A DNA stretch of 54,705 bases from Actinomycetota bacterium (lineage in GTDB: Bacteria > Actinomycetota > Actinomycetes > S36-B12), in contig WLOK01000002.1 in NCBI GenBank assembly GCA_009699315.1, forward strand, positions 1 through 54,705, in the 5' to 3' direction. Positions 18,920-27,440 of this stretch are shown here, piece by piece; positions within the stretch are counted from its first letter, which is position 1, and every line of letters starts with the position of its first letter. Position numbers and translations under genes: made by a program. The notes beneath the pieces were generated by a model. That model was not told the DNA's origin, ran no database searches, and worked only from the letters and a program-made list of their open reading frames with translations.

Positions 18920-19764
18920 GATACGACGATATCCGCTGAATGCTCCTGATCCAGTTTTCGTCCTTTGCGTTCCTCGCTCGAGAACCACTCCACGGCAATA
19001 AGCATCATCCAGCCGGCTTCAATGACCATGACCAAAGCCCACATGAGCGCCCCTGCCATTTGCTGATCGGCTTTGGCGTCTGGACCAAACGGTCGACTAG
19101 CCTCCGCGAATACGGAATACAGGACCACCGGCGAGAAGTAGATCACGGCCCCCACGATCGCCTCCGGCACCATCATGATGGACATGGATGCGAGGCGGTG
19201 GCCTGCAGAAGCGCGGTGCGGCAGCATATTTTTGCCAATCATCGGCAAGTAGTACAGAAATGCTGCGATGAGAAACAACGGCTGCTCGATGAAGATGTCG
19301 GCATCATGATTGCGCAGTGCCCAGTCGAAAAACGGGGTGAAGTGCGTGAGGAGCAACACTCCAGCAAAGAAGAGCCAGGTCACCACCGGGTCAGTGATGA
19401 AGCGAACCGCTCTACTGCGCAAGATCGGGACCACGTACGCACGTCTGGCCCGCGGACTGCTTGCGCGAACCCACAATGTGACCGGAATGCCAAGCACCAA
19501 TAGTGGCGCCGCTGCCATCATGACAATGAGATGTTGCGTCATGTGCACCCAGAAAAAGGTGTGCGACCAGGCCGCAAGTGGACCTAGATAGGCGATGCAC
19601 AACAGTGCCCAACCGCTCATGAACGCGCAGGTGGCTCCAGCGGGCCAACCGCTTCGCGGTGATGCCCTGCGAACTCGCCGAACTCCCCACACGTACGCGA
19701 TCGGGATGACGAGCAGATTAACCACAACAAAGATGTCAAAGGACCAAGCGGAAAGGAACTCACG
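18916..19764 (-). CDS. ctaG: Cytochrome c oxidase assembly factor CtaG (caa3_CtaG family membrane protein)
   Basis: Polytopic protein. FFWVHMTQHLIVMMAAAPLLVLGIP is the remembered family motif. Start taken at MREFLSAW. Confidence 0.75.
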   Translation of the reverse strand, partial: REFLSAWSFDIFVVVNLLVIPIAYVWGVRRVRRASPRSGWPAGATCAFMSGWALLCIAYLGPLAAWSHTFFWVHMTQHLIVMMAAAPLLVLGIPVTLWVRASSPRARRAYVVPILRSRAVRFITDPVVTWLFFAGVLLLTHFTPFFDWALRNHDADIFIEQPLFLIAAFLYYLPMIGKNMLPHRASAGHRLASMSIMMVPEAIVGAVIYFSPVVLYSVFAEASRPFGPDAKADQQMAGALMWALVMVIEAGWMMLIAVEWFSSEERKGRKLDQEHSADIVVS

Positions 19765-19841
19765 CATGGCCGACACGCTCCATTCCGGGTATCTGCACGT
19801 TTGGTAGATCAACCCCTCATTTAAGGGTAACCTCGGCTTCT

Positions 19842-20549
19842 GTGAAGAGGCTGCTGATAGTACTGGGTACCGTAATTGTGGGCATCGGCATCGTTGCCGG
19901 TTCGGCCGCTTTTGGACACTGGAAAGCCGCGGAACCCGCCGTCATCAAGGCCGTGGTCGATGGAACCTCGCCGACGCCTGACGGAGACCGCACACACGCC
20001 AAGCTCGAATTGGCGATTTACCCGCAATCCTCCGGCGCCGTCCCCGGCCCGCAGCTCAATGACACGGGCGCAAATGTGGCTGCCAACGGCCAAGGGTGGC
20101 CCTTCTATTGGCCGTCCACTTCGATTGAGTTGCCCGCAAACTCCGTGGTCGAGGTCACTATTCATCAGTACGACTCGGGCGGCACGATTTACAACCCATG
20201 GTTTGCCAAGCCCCAGGGCATCGTGGAGGGTACGTTCACCGTGAATGGCAGTCCCGAAGTGGGAGTCAGCCCCACCAATGTGGCGCACACTTTCACCATT
20301 CACCAGTTGCCCGAGGGCAATCAGCCTTACCTGTTTGTCAGTGTCCCGGTCCCGGCTCAGTCGGCGAACGCCCCTACAGACGCAAACGGCTACCCCACTA
20401 AGCCCATTGACGTGACATTCACCTTCCGCACTGGTGCGCCGGGTACCTATGTCTGGAACTGCGAGTTCCCTTGCGGAACCTATTACGTCTCGTTTGGTGG
20501 CCCCATGAGTCAGCGCGGCTATATGAGCGGAACGGTCAAGGTGGTCTGA
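19842..20549 (+). CDS. Membrane-anchored cupredoxin-fold protein with a C-x3-C ... M site
   Basis: N-terminal TM helix. Beta-sandwich pattern VVEVTIHQYD...HTFTIHQL...YVWNCEFPCG...GPMSQRGYM. Confidence 0.6.
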   Translation: MKRLLIVLGTVIVGIGIVAGSAAFGHWKAAEPAVIKAVVDGTSPTPDGDRTHAKLELAIYPQSSGAVPGPQLNDTGANVAANGQGWPFYWPSTSIELPANSVVEVTIHQYDSGGTIYNPWFAKPQGIVEGTFTVNGSPEVGVSPTNVAHTFTIHQLPEGNQPYLFVSVPVPAQSANAPTDANGYPTKPIDVTFTFRTGAPGTYVWNCEFPCGTYYVSFGGPMSQRGYMSGTVKVV

Positions 20550-21418
20550 TGACAATCGATCAGCGTCCCCCCACGGCCGAAGAAGGCCCAGAGGAACCCA
20601 CAAATCGCCCCACGCCCATGCACCTATTCCGCAACTGGCTCAAGCGTCGGTACGCGAAGCGCCTCATCTGGCTCACCCTGATTATTTCTGCAGGCTGGAT
20701 TGCCGCGACTTTCCTGGCCGTCTACTTCATGAACATGTCGGGCGGACCGGCCTCCGCGATCATGAGCGAAATCGAACTCACCATGTACGTCTTGGCGTGG
20801 GTGTGCGCTCCCCTGATGGGCGTTACGCTTGCCATCGCTCTCTACAGCATGATCGGCGGTTGGGGTCGCGTCAAAGGTGACAAGCAACCCGATCAGGACG
20901 GTCCGGGCATCCGCAACAACTCCATTGCCACAATTGGCTGGGCCGTGTGGGTGAGCGCGCTCGCCGCATTCTTGGTCGTGTGGGGTCTGGTTGAACTTGC
21001 GAATATCCAAGCATTCGCCAATGGTTCAGTGGCCGCCAACCAACAACCCAACTCCCAGCAGTCGATCACGGTGAATGTGACCGGCCAGCAGTGGGTGTGG
21101 ACCTTCGCCTACCCCGATCAAAACAAAGTGACAACTGATGTGCTTGTTGTGCCCATCAATACCCCGATCTACTTCAACGTCACCTCAAAAGACGTGGTGC
21201 ATAGCTTCTGGGTGGTCGAGATGGGCGTCAAGATTGATGCTAATCCTGGCGCCATCACCAACACCGGTTTCACCGCAACAAAGCTGGGAACCTTCAATAT
21301 CCGATGTGCCGAACTCTGCGGTCTGCACCATGCCTACATGGAGACTCAGGTCAAGGTGGTGACTCAGGACGAATACAACTCCTGGGTCCGTGAGAACGGC
21401 GGGGTGAGACTGTCATGA
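20549..21418 (+). CDS. ctaC: Cytochrome c oxidase subunit II (CuA site present)
   Basis: VVHSFWV and the CAELCGLHHAYM CuA motif. The ATG overlaps the upstream TGA (TGATG). Confidence 0.88.
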   Translation: MTIDQRPPTAEEGPEEPTNRPTPMHLFRNWLKRRYAKRLIWLTLIISAGWIAATFLAVYFMNMSGGPASAIMSEIELTMYVLAWVCAPLMGVTLAIALYSMIGGWGRVKGDKQPDQDGPGIRNNSIATIGWAVWVSALAAFLVVWGLVELANIQAFANGSVAANQQPNSQQSITVNVTGQQWVWTFAYPDQNKVTTDVLVVPINTPIYFNVTSKDVVHSFWVVEMGVKIDANPGAITNTGFTATKLGTFNIRCAELCGLHHAYMETQVKVVTQDEYNSWVRENGGVRLS

Positions 21419-23388
21419 CGACGGCCACGGTCACGGTCACAATTCACGAGGCGCCTGACGTGATTCAACCACGACAGCACGGCAAGCCTGGTGGCCTACT
21501 TCGCTATTGCAACTTCGTCACCGCCCTCATCCTCGGTATCGTCTTGGCGGCCTTGGCCTACTGGATCACCGGCATGTTCACCACCGGTGAAGCACTCAAC
21601 GCTAATTTCGTTCCCATCGGCATCAACGTCCAGATCACAGCGATGTACGTCGGCTGGGTCGTGGGATTCATGATCGGCATCGGCGCGTTCGTCGGCCCGA
21701 TTCGCTGGTTCCTCGGCCGCGATCTCACCCACGCCGACGCCGAATACCTTGCCGGTCGTGGCCAAGGACGAATGAAGTTCTGGAAATACACGACTGATCA
21801 CAAAATCGTCGGAATTCAGTACCTCATTGTGTCGATGGCCCTGCTGGGCTTTGGTGGACTGCTCGCCATGCTCATTCGCACCGAACTCGGTGTGACGTGG
21901 GCCGAACTCTTCAATCCCAACTTCTACAACTCGATCATTGGCACACACGGCATCGTGATGATCATCGCCATGATCGTGGTGGTGTCTGGTCCACTCGGCA
22001 ACTTCATCGTGCCGATCATGGTCGGTGCTCGCGATATGGCGTTCCCGCGACTCAACGCGCTGAGCATCTGGCTGCTCGTTGCGGCTATTCCACCACTTGC
22101 GAGCAACCTTGCGCTCGGTGGCCTCCGCGACGGATGGACCGTCTACCAACCTCTCGCCGATCAGGCTCCGGTAGGCATGATTGGTTACCAAATCACCATC
22201 ATCACTTTCGGGTTCTCGACAGCGATCGCCTCGGTCAATCTCATGACCACGATTGTCAAGATGCGCGCAAAGGGCATGACGTGGAGCAGGGTCCCGATCT
22301 TCGTCTACGGCATCTTCGCCTCATCACTCATGGGGCTCATCTGGTTCCCGATGTACCAGTACTCGCAGTGGTTCGCGCTCTCTGATCGGGTGATCAACAC
22401 GTCGTTCTATGTGCCAGCCCAGGGCGGCAGCGTGTGGCTGTACGAAAACTTGTTCTGGCTTTTGGGTCACCCTGAGGTCTACGTCATTGTGTTGCCAGGC
22501 GTCGCAGCTCTCCTCGAACTCATGGTGGTGTTCCTACGCAAACCACTCTTCTCGTATAAATTCGCGGTCGCCGGCATTTTCGGCATCGTCGGGTTGAGCG
22601 CGGTCGTATGGGTCCATCACATGTACATGACTGGATGGGCGCCGTCGTCCAATTATCCGTTCATGCTGTCGACTGAGATGATCTCGATTCCGATCAGTTT
22701 CTTGGTGCTTGTCATGCTGGGAACGATGTGGCGGGCCCGTCCTTGGACCCGCCTGCCCATGATGGCTGTCTACGCGGTTGTCTGGAACAAGGTCATCGGT
22801 GGCATCACCGGTGTCTTCTTGTCCGACGTCCCCGTCGATCAGTACATGCACGGCAGTATGTTCGTCGTTGCCCACTTCCACTACATGCTCATGGGCGCCG
22901 GCCTCTTCTCCGCAATGGCCGCCATCGCTTATTGGTTCCCGAAGATGACCGGTCGCTACCTCGACAATCGTTGGGGTTCGATCGGTTTCTGGGTTGCCTT
23001 CGGCGGCTTCCAGCTCACCTTCTTGTCAATGTTCGCAGCGGGACTTCAAGGTATGCCTCGACGCGTCCTGCAATTCGATTCGCTCTTCAATGTCTCGAAC
23101 TGGATCTCGACTATCGGCGCCTACATCATTGGCATCGGTATGTTGATCTTCCTCGCTGCAGTCATCAACTCGTGGCGCAGCGGCGAGATCGCACCTGCGA
23201 ACCCATACGGAGCCAAAACACTTGAGGCGCAGGTGCCCACGCCCGTACCGCCTGAGAACTTCGCGGTACTTCCCGTCATCACTTCCGATCCTTATGGCTA
23301 TGGTTCGCCTGACCCATACGAGCTCGAAGACGAGGCACGTCGTGCTGCTCTAGAAGGCGGCGAACCAGCGAAGGTGGGTGCATCATGA
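21415..23388 (+). CDS. ctaD: Cytochrome c oxidase subunit I (A-type) with an N-terminal extension of about 115 aa containing two TM helices
   Basis: TTDHK.VG, GHPEVYV, WVHHMY and VVAHFHYMLMG ligand motifs. ATGA overlap with ctaC. Confidence 0.92.
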   Translation: MTTATVTVTIHEAPDVIQPRQHGKPGGLLRYCNFVTALILGIVLAALAYWITGMFTTGEALNANFVPIGINVQITAMYVGWVVGFMIGIGAFVGPIRWFLGRDLTHADAEYLAGRGQGRMKFWKYTTDHKIVGIQYLIVSMALLGFGGLLAMLIRTELGVTWAELFNPNFYNSIIGTHGIVMIIAMIVVVSGPLGNFIVPIMVGARDMAFPRLNALSIWLLVAAIPPLASNLALGGLRDGWTVYQPLADQAPVGMIGYQITIITFGFSTAIASVNLMTTIVKMRAKGMTWSRVPIFVYGIFASSLMGLIWFPMYQYSQWFALSDRVINTSFYVPAQGGSVWLYENLFWLLGHPEVYVIVLPGVAALLELMVVFLRKPLFSYKFAVAGIFGIVGLSAVVWVHHMYMTGWAPSSNYPFMLSTEMISIPISFLVLVMLGTMWRARPWTRLPMMAVYAVVWNKVIGGITGVFLSDVPVDQYMHGSMFVVAHFHYMLMGAGLFSAMAAIAYWFPKMTGRYLDNRWGSIGFWVAFGGFQLTFLSMFAAGLQGMPRRVLQFDSLFNVSNWISTIGAYIIGIGMLIFLAAVINSWRSGEIAPANPYGAKTLEAQVPTPVPPENFAVLPVITSDPYGYGSPDPYELEDEARRAALEGGEPAKVGAS

Positions 23389-24032
23389 GCGTGACTGAAC
23401 CCCTATCCCCCACCACCGGTGAACCGGTCTCGGTCGTAGCGAGTCGCAATCGCCTCGGCGTGTGGTTCATCATCATCTCCTGCACCACTGGGTCGCTGTC
23501 TCTGTTGATCTCCTACTCCTACCTGTGGTCACTCAACGTCAACAGTGCGTGGGCACCGCCCAACAACGCCTGGGCAACCCTGTGGCCCTTCTGGGCAATT
23601 TTCGTCGGAGAGATCCTCGCTGGCCTCGCCATGCGATGGGGCTGGAAGGGCATGGAAAAGGGCGACCGCGGACGCATGCTCGCCGGATCGCTGATCTCGT
23701 CGCTGCTGCTTATTGCCGCGTTCGTCGGGCAAGTCGCACAGATCATGACCTTCCCGTTCGGGCCCAGTGATGGCGCATACGCCTCCGTTACCTTCTGGTT
23801 TGCGCTCTCCAACGCTGGCTGGGTGCTCCTGAGTTCCTTCCTCGCGTTCGGCATCTTCAACCGCACGCTCGCAGGGAAGATCACCGCGACGAATGCCTCG
23901 CATGCTGGTCTCGTGGCGATGTGGCTGGTGTGGCTCGCGGGTGTGGCGTTTATCGGGGCTATCTGCACCACAACGATGCAGGAGAGTCCCAATACAAATT
24001 CGCCAGACTTCGGTAACTTTCAGGAGCCATGA
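23385..24032 (+). CDS. Heme-copper oxidase subunit III-like membrane protein
   Basis: 215 aa, about 5 TM helices. NRLGVWFIIIS and GAYASVTFWF resemble subunit III. ATGA overlap on both sides. Confidence 0.55.
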   Translation: MSVTEPLSPTTGEPVSVVASRNRLGVWFIIISCTTGSLSLLISYSYLWSLNVNSAWAPPNNAWATLWPFWAIFVGEILAGLAMRWGWKGMEKGDRGRMLAGSLISSLLLIAAFVGQVAQIMTFPFGPSDGAYASVTFWFALSNAGWVLLSSFLAFGIFNRTLAGKITATNASHAGLVAMWLVWLAGVAFIGAICTTTMQESPNTNSPDFGNFQEP

Positions 24033-25480
24033 CATTTCTGAAGGTCACCCGCAACCTCTGGTGGGGTCTGCCGGTCCTAATTGTTCTGCTCTGGACCGCT
24101 GGGGTGCTCGTTGCGCCTGACATACCTGGCCTGCCCACGGCTCCAGAAGTCACCTGGATAGTCCTTCCTATAGCTCGCTTTGTGCGAGACATTGCTGCGG
24201 CGATCGTTGTAGGTGGAATCGTTGTCGGTGGGCTCCTCGGAATACGCCCCATCGGCCGGGTTCTGAGGTGGACCTCAGTGTGGGCACTTATCTGGCTGGC
24301 AGCTCTGGCTGTCCAAATCGTGTTCACGCTGTCTGATCTGGCCGCAGCGGACCCCATGGCGATGATCAACGGACCAGCGCTGTGGTCCTTTCTCACCCAG
24401 ATCCAGGTAGGACAGGTTTTCCTCGCCCAGTGCATCGGGGCGCTACTCATCGCCGCCACTGCGTGGGCCGTTATCAATCGAGCCACAGCATGGATCGTCA
24501 CGCTCATTGCTATCGCCGCGGCTGCCGCGCCGGGACTGAGCGGCCATGGCGGGCTGACCGGTGGCCACGAGTCAGCATCGATCAGTCTTGCCATCCACCT
24601 CGCGAGTGTCTCGGCGTGGGTTGGTGGTCTAGTCATAGTTGTCGCGCTGCTGCGCCTTGAGCCGCAACGGGCGGCCTATCTCCTACCGAGGTTCAGCACT
24701 CTCGCCCTGATCTGCGTGATCGTGGTCGCGGAATCTGGCCTGCTCAACGCGTCTATGCGCATTTCGAGTTTCTCGAGTTTCGTGAGTTCGACCTATGGCG
24801 CCTTGCTCGTCGCTAAAGCGGTGCTGCTTGGTTGCCTAGTGCTGCTCGGCTGGCAACAGCGAACTCGCCTGATTCCCGCTATTCGCGCGGGTGAGGCTGT
24901 CTCGGGCTCAATTTTGGCCCGACTAGCTTCCTGGGAATTTCTCGCAATGGGCGTGGCCGTCGCGGTTTCCATCACCATGGCCCGTATCGGCCCTGCTCCC
25001 GAGACCGTGCAAACACATCTCGTGACCCCGCTCATGCTGGTGCTCGTCGCGTTGGCAATCCCCATCGTCATCCGCGTCGCCTTGCCACGCGAACCTCGCA
25101 TGCCACGCTGGGCAACTCAATACCCGGAGATTTCAGCAGTTCTTTTGCTCATTGTTGGCACCGAATTCGCGGGCGTCGGATTGCCTCAATCCCTGCTCGG
25201 GCAAAATCTTGGCTCCCTCCTGGGAGCCAGCGTGTTGCTTCTCTGCGGCTGGCTCTTCATCGGATGTTTGCGAGGTGGTCGGGCGACTCCAGCACTTGTC
25301 ATCACCATGATCGGATGGCCCGTCATGGCTGTAGGAGTGGCCATCTTTGAAGCGCAGCAACTCACAGCCCCTGCGCTAGCACCCATCATCTGGGCCACAC
25401 TCCTCGCAGAGGCACTACTCACTATGGTCTTATTGCGAATGCGCCGCGCTACTCCTGTTCTCGTGGAAGTGCTGACATGA
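24029..25480 (+). CDS. CopD-family polytopic membrane protein (copper handling / oxidase assembly)
   Basis: 483 aa with many TM helices. The GLSGHGG...HLASVSAWVGGL pattern is typical of CopD. Confidence 0.55.
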   Translation: MTFLKVTRNLWWGLPVLIVLLWTAGVLVAPDIPGLPTAPEVTWIVLPIARFVRDIAAAIVVGGIVVGGLLGIRPIGRVLRWTSVWALIWLAALAVQIVFTLSDLAAADPMAMINGPALWSFLTQIQVGQVFLAQCIGALLIAATAWAVINRATAWIVTLIAIAAAAAPGLSGHGGLTGGHESASISLAIHLASVSAWVGGLVIVVALLRLEPQRAAYLLPRFSTLALICVIVVAESGLLNASMRISSFSSFVSSTYGALLVAKAVLLGCLVLLGWQQRTRLIPAIRAGEAVSGSILARLASWEFLAMGVAVAVSITMARIGPAPETVQTHLVTPLMLVLVALAIPIVIRVALPREPRMPRWATQYPEISAVLLLIVGTEFAGVGLPQSLLGQNLGSLLGASVLLLCGWLFIGCLRGGRATPALVITMIGWPVMAVGVAIFEAQQLTAPALAPIIWATLLAEALLTMVLLRMRRATPVLVEVLT

Positions 25481-25809
25481 GCGAGCCTCGTAGGTTTTGG
25501 CGTGACTTCTGGCAACTCGATATTCCGTTAGTCGTCGTTGTGGCCGGCTGCGCCGCGGCAACAATCGTGGAGCTCGGTCGGGCTGAAGAAGGCGTGTGGC
25601 GGGCATGGGTCTACACCTTCGAATGGCCACTGATTGGCCTCTTCGCCATCTGGATCTGGTACCGATATCGCATCCGAGGGGGCATCCGGCGCGCCCGTAA
25701 GCCGAAGGTGACGGACGATCTCGGCGCCAGCACACCCCAGGACCCCGCGCTCTCACGTTGGCAGGAATACCAGCGCGCACTTCGCGAAAACGCTGCTCCC
25801 GAGGAGTAA
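25477..25809 (+). CDS. Small two-TM membrane protein, last gene of the oxidase operon
   Basis: 110 aa, ATGA overlap with the upstream gene. Two hydrophobic helices. Confidence 0.5.
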   Translation: MSEPRRFWRDFWQLDIPLVVVVAGCAAATIVELGRAEEGVWRAWVYTFEWPLIGLFAIWIWYRYRIRGGIRRARKPKVTDDLGASTPQDPALSRWQEYQRALRENAAPEE

Positions 25810-25844
25810 GTCACAAAGGTAAGGCACACCTCATGAGCGCCACT

Positions 25845-25870
25845 TCACAGGTCGCGTGTGAGTTGTTTTT
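25845..25870 (+). terminator. Weak intrinsic terminator candidate after the oxidase operon
   Basis: tcaca-ggtcgcg-tgtga (5-bp stem) followed by gttgttttt. Confidence 0.3.
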
Positions 25871-25905
25871 GCATTGACGCATGTGCCCGGTGCAACACTG
25901 CTTGC

Positions 25906-26673
25906 ATGAGTCACTACAAGATGCAGATTCTCGAAGAGACTGGCTACGTGGTTCTGAGTTCTTATGCGGGCGATGTGATACCAGCTGAATGGTTGGAGTT
26001 GGAATACGTCGACTGGCTCTCGTCGGGCGTTACGCGGTTTGCTCCACTTGCTTCCGCTCAAGGCGACATTGATTGCAACGGCTTTTGGAAATTTGATCCG
26101 CCGAAGGCCGACAAAGACGGCGTGTGGATCGAGAGCCAGACTCAGATAGCTCCCGCTCTCACCGCTCGCGCCCAGGCGATTGGCGCTAACGTCGGTCGCT
26201 GCCGCGTGATTGAACTTCAACCAAATTCCTATGCCGATGCGCTCTACAACTCACACTTAGATGACAACAACCGACTAAATCCCGAGGGTGAAGGGTGGGT
26301 GGTTCGTTGCTTCATGCAACTCAGCGATAACCCCGACTCGTACATGGTCCTTCGTGATGACATCGATGATCCGAGCAGCGAAATTCGTGTCCCGTTACCT
26401 GCTGGAGCACAGTTAGTCGTTGACTCTGAGCGCATGTGGCATTCGGTGTGGCATCAAGGCGACGAACCGCGCTACTGCCTGATCACTTCGCTGGAGTCCG
26501 GGCCTGAATTGGAAAAGTGGATCTGGGAGAACGATCCGATCAATCACGTTGAATCGGCCCACATCGACCCGTGGCTTGAGGCCGTCCAGCGTGAAGAAGG
26601 TATGTCTCGTCGCGACGGGCGCACGGCTCATTATGGCTACGACCCCACGCGCGTCGCCTACGACGAGGCCTGA
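25906..26673 (+). CDS. Hypothetical protein, possibly a cupin-fold Fe(II)/2OG oxygenase-like protein (HxD ... H)
   Basis: NSHLDDN and VVDSERMWHSVWHQGDEPRYCLI resemble the Asp/Asn beta-hydroxylase-type H-x-D...H..N...R pattern. Start is uncertain (25906 or 25921). Confidence 0.45.
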   Translation: MSHYKMQILEETGYVVLSSYAGDVIPAEWLELEYVDWLSSGVTRFAPLASAQGDIDCNGFWKFDPPKADKDGVWIESQTQIAPALTARAQAIGANVGRCRVIELQPNSYADALYNSHLDDNNRLNPEGEGWVVRCFMQLSDNPDSYMVLRDDIDDPSSEIRVPLPAGAQLVVDSERMWHSVWHQGDEPRYCLITSLESGPELEKWIWENDPINHVESAHIDPWLEAVQREEGMSRRDGRTAHYGYDPTRVAYDEA

Positions 26674-27122
26674 GCGCCCCGAGTCACACGAAAAACGGGG
26701 ATGTAGCGGCCGGCCTTGCGTTCGTACATCGGGTAGAGCTTCCACACACTGGTCAATGCAGAGTAGAGCCGATCTCGTTCTTCGCCCGTGGCCTCGAAGA
26801 TGTGTCCGGACCAGGTTTCGCCGTCGACCTCAAAGGTGCACCGTGAGTCGGAGCGTGCGTTGAAGACCCAGCCGGGCATGCGCGCTTGGCCGCCATTGGA
26901 GCCGGTCACGATCCACTCTTCACCCACCTGAACCGACAGCAGCGGCGTCACGCGCCATTCGCCGGACTTGCGCCCCATGGTGGTCAAGAAGGCCATCCGG
27001 CCTCCTCGGGGCAGTTTGCTCCACAGGCGCCCACCGGTAGCCCGATGTGCCGCCGTATGCACCACGGTGATCGAGCGTACGAATGCACCCCACGCCGCGT
27101 CATACAGTGTTTTGGAGTTCAT
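26658..27122 (-). CDS. Deazaflavin(F420)-dependent nitroreductase family protein (DUF385/Ddn-like)
   Basis: LTTMGRKSGEWRVTPL...GSNGG...PGW..N...YPMYERKAGR.IPVFRV is the remembered family pattern. Confidence 0.8.
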   Translation of the reverse strand: MNSKTLYDAAWGAFVRSITVVHTAAHRATGGRLWSKLPRGGRMAFLTTMGRKSGEWRVTPLLSVQVGEEWIVTGSNGGQARMPGWVFNARSDSRCTFEVDGETWSGHIFEATGEERDRLYSALTSVWKLYPMYERKAGRYIPVFRVTRGAQASS

Positions 27123-27430
27123 GCTCGGGATTTCTCACCCGGCAGGGAAATCAACCAGCACAGTACGCCGGCTACTACTGCGACTCCGATGGCCGAGGGC
27201 CACGCGCCGATGACTTCACCGAGCGGGTGCGACACCGCAAAGGCCACACTGAAAATTGCCAAGATGTGCAGCGTGCGCCACCAGCCGCTGAGCCGCCATG
27301 ACCGCCACACACAATATGCGCCGCCTATGACGAGGATCACGCCACCAAGCCAAAAGATCTTTGTTCCGAACGCGAGCGCGAAACCGAGAATGAGGCTCAA
27401 CGCACCTACGAGGGCGATCTGAAGGCGCAT
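27119..27430 (-). CDS. Small integral membrane protein
   Basis: About 103 aa with 3-4 hydrophobic helices. The stop overlaps the Ddn-like start (ATGA). Confidence 0.5.
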   Translation of the reverse strand: MRLQIALVGALSLILGFALAFGTKIFWLGGVILVIGGAYCVWRSWRLSGWWRTLHILAIFSVAFAVSHPLGEVIGAWPSAIGVAVVAGVLCWLISLPGEKSRA

Positions 27431-27440
27431 GACATGGAGT

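Noticed and set aside
19821-20603. 260-aa minus-strand ORF opposite the cupredoxin gene, and 21496-22191 opposite ctaD
   Set aside because: No RBS or motif. The plus-strand genes have TM and cupredoxin or heme-ligand signatures and are translationally coupled to their neighbours.
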